Of a stretch of 16,309 nucleotides of DNA, positions 14,452 to 16,309 are shown in pieces. The DNA comes from Oligoflexia bacterium (GTDB lineage Bacteria > Bdellovibrionota > Bdellovibrionia > JABDDW01). The position numbers and the translations under genes were made by a program. The stretch covers positions 1-16,309 of the forward strand of contig JAYTHU010000050.1 of NCBI GenBank assembly GCA_043732305.1. Direction: 5' to 3'. How positions within the stretch are numbered: position 1 is the first letter of the stretch; the number at the start of each line of letters is the position of its first letter. Below the pieces are notes generated by a model, which was not told the origin of the DNA, made no database searches, and was given only the letters and a program-made list of their open reading frames with translations.

Positions 14452-15105
14452 CTAGCCACTAGCAAATGCGGGATACTTTCTGTTTGTTCCTTTAAAGCGG
14501 CTATTTCTATTTTTATATGGAACAAGTCCCCAAGCCTCTAAAATATTTTTATCAATGTATTGGCAAAGCGATTTAAATTCATTTCCCCATTCTACAATTC
14601 GGGTGAATGGTCGCTTGTCCCAAAAATCTGCTCCAGCTGTTTTAATAACTACGGGCTTCTCAAAAATCTCCCCATTTGCCTGACCTGGATTGTTCCCGCT
14701 AGCATCTTCAATGTTTTTCTTATCGGTCGAGGCGGTTTTCCCGCGTTCGATTCCTAACATTTCTCTTGCGACCAGGCCAGAAATGGAACGAATAAATTTA
14801 TTGAATGCCACCCGCGAACTAGGAAGCACAATGAGATGGAAGTGGTTGCCTGTATTAGCAAATCTGTAAATTTTAACGCCACTTTGTTTTGCCTGCTTAA
14901 AGAACAGTTCTTTGAGTTTCTTTTCTTTTTTCAGAAATGAAATTTGCCCTTTTGCTTTTAAGGATCTCATCACTAAGTGCATAGCTCTTTTGGTTGCAAT
15001 CGGACGCTTGACCTTTGCATGGCTATTCTTCAGATAGGCCCCTCCAAAAACTTTGGGCGCTTTATTGTTAAATTCTTCGATTTTAAACTGCTTTTGTCGA
15101 GGCAT
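14452..15105 (-). CDS. Y1/HUH tyrosine transposase-like protein (IS200/RAYT superfamily)
   Basis: NHFHLIV HUH motif (HFH at 14836-14844), an upstream H-L-V-M-R strand, FWDKRPFTRIV and the catalytic-Tyr helix YIDKN (Tyr 14557-14559). GGAG RBS at 15112-15115. No IS ends identified. Confidence 0.8.
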   Translation of the reverse strand: MPRQKQFKIEEFNNKAPKVFGGAYLKNSHAKVKRPIATKRAMHLVMRSLKAKGQISFLKKEKKLKELFFKQAKQSGVKIYRFANTGNHFHLIVLPSSRVAFNKFIRSISGLVAREMLGIERGKTASTDKKNIEDASGNNPGQANGEIFEKPVVIKTAGADFWDKRPFTRIVEWGNEFKSLCQYIDKNILEAWGLVPYKNRNSRFKGTNRKYPAFASG

Positions 15106-15490
15106 TTAGCACTCCAGGTGGACTAATCATGACGTCGTTGGCATTACATAAAATGAATTTACCATCTTTGGTAGCGATGTCAATTTGATACATTTATTGC
15201 TAATTTTATTAGCGCGATGAATTGTCTTTTTTTGCGCGAGGATGGAAGGTTATTGAACGGAAATTTATATGTGAATTGAGCTCGACGGATCTGGGCTTGG
15301 TGTTTGCTTACCGCAAAGCAAAGGGGTGCTAAAAAATTAACTTTGGAAGTAAGGCAATGTGCAGAATAAAATTGATACTCGGTTTTGGCACAAGAGGCGA
15401 TTTAATCCGTATAGAATCGATCCCGTTGGAACCAAACTCGTGCCGGATCTCATCCACGCAAAAAATCTTTATCTTAGCGATGAGGACCTT

Positions 15491-16024
15491 TTAAACTTTT
15501 AGGATTCTGCCTAAGGTGCACATGATTACGCCCAAGCTAAGGGTAAAGCTCATAAAGATTGCGAGTCTCATCCACTGGCCAACGGATTGTAGAAACTGAT
15601 AGTCGAGGAAATCTGGACCGAACATATTGGAGCCTAGCCAGCAAAGAAAACCTAAAACAAAAGTGTAGAAAAGCATTCGGCCAAAGGCGTTGGCTTTTGT
15701 CATTTTGCCAACCATGAACCCACACAGAGAGGCGCAGGCGAAATGCACAATGGCTCCAACTAAGAACACGGAGGTTGGAGCAGAGAGAAGGAAAGCTTTT
15801 CCTCCAAAAACGGCAGAAGCCGTAAGCTGCAACCACCACAGTTTTCCAGCGGTTTCAACTTGGAATAAACTCGAAACAAAAATCATAACCACGCCGGCTA
15901 ATAGTCCGGAGAAAATCCCTACGCCCACTCGCTTGAGACTAGGATGCAAGAAAGAATCAAGAAGCACAGTTCCTTGACCATTGTCATCATTAGCTGCCAT
16001 TGCGTTAGTTGCGTCAGTAGACAT
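15491..16024 (-). CDS. Small integral membrane protein, about 177 aa, 4-5 TM segments, function unknown
   Basis: Start moved from 16141 to ATG 16024 because AGGAG (16036-16032) precedes it and the longer ORF would overlap the divergent gene. Hydrophobic helices include GIFSGLLAGVVM, VGAIVHFACASLCG and FVLGFLCW. Confidence 0.75.
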   Translation of the reverse strand: MSTDATNAMAANDDNGQGTVLLDSFLHPSLKRVGVGIFSGLLAGVVMIFVSSLFQVETAGKLWWLQLTASAVFGGKAFLLSAPTSVFLVGAIVHFACASLCGFMVGKMTKANAFGRMLFYTFVLGFLCWLGSNMFGPDFLDYQFLQSVGQWMRLAIFMSFTLSLGVIMCTLGRILKV

Positions 16025-16089
16025 TTTTTCACTCCTGTTTTGTCGAAATTTAAATAGATAGTAAAGGTTCCGTCCATTAAGATCAAGGT

Positions 16090-16309
16090 ATGAATTCAGC
16101 AAAAATAACGCAAAGTGAGCAAGCCAAAATAGGTGCGGCAATAAACACCAAATTCACCGATCTCATGGGCTGTGAATATCCTATCATTGCAGGCCCAATG
16201 TTTTTGGTAAGCAATGTTCAGTTGGTTACCGAGGTTTCTAATGCGGGAGGGGTCGGTGGCGTTCCTACTTTAAATTGGAGAACCACTGTCGCTTTCGATG
16301 CTGCTATGG
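16090..16309 (+). CDS. 5' end of a nitronate monooxygenase / FabK-like FMN oxidoreductase (partial, runs off the right edge; not in the ORF track)
   Basis: Reads MNSAKITQSEQAKIGAAINTKFTDLMGCEYPIIAGPMFLVSNVQLVTEVSNAGGVGGVPTLNWRT. The T.F...G..YPII..PM and VSNAGG.G motifs mark the family. The exact start codon is uncertain. Confidence 0.85.
   Translation, partial: MNSAKITQSEQAKIGAAINTKFTDLMGCEYPIIAGPMFLVSNVQLVTEVSNAGGVGGVPTLNWRTTVAFDAAM

Noticed and set aside
15386..15445. Two GGCAC-containing sigma-54-like half sites (TGGCAC on + at 15386; GGCACG on - near 15445)
   Set aside because: Neither has GC at the required 10-nt spacing (N8 in one, GT in the other).
16025..16141. N-terminal extension of the membrane-protein ORF
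   Set aside because: It overlaps the divergent oxidoreductase gene, and a strong AGGAG RBS supports ATG 16024.
1..16309. CRISPR array, tRNA/rRNA, riboswitch or prophage genes
   Set aside because: No regularly spaced repeats, RNA-gene signatures or phage hallmark proteins were seen by eye. A covariance-model search of the intergenic regions 970-1269 and 15106-15490 would be needed to exclude small RNAs.

Overview
Bacterial chromosomal window. The gene repertoire and ORF style suggest a Bdellovibrionota-like (Oligoflexia/Bdellovibrionales) organism, but this is inference only. Left: the 3' end of one outer-membrane beta-barrel gene, a second complete beta-barrel gene and a terminator. Centre (1270-12292, + strand): a three-gene operon of about 11 kb behind a near-consensus sigma-54 promoter and closed by a bidirectional terminator. 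It encodes (i) a divergent PrkA/YeaG-family AAA+ ATPase, (ii) a 1804-aa protein with a large unknown N-terminal region and a ClpA/ClpB-like C-terminal half (degenerate first AAA module, second module with an intact P-loop), and (iii) a single-chain SpoVR(YcgB)-YeaH(YhbH, vWA) fusion. These families are normally cytoplasmic, yet all three proteins begin with a classic Sec-type signal peptide and share a terminal C-x-x-x-L motif. The best candidate for an undescribed system is therefore an exported PrkA-YeaH-SpoVR module with a Clp-like partner. Right (- strand): 2-Cys peroxiredoxin, MATE exporter, a Y1/HUH transposase-like gene and a small membrane protein, then the 5' end of a divergent nitronate monooxygenase-family gene. 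All family calls come from motif recognition by eye; no searches were run.
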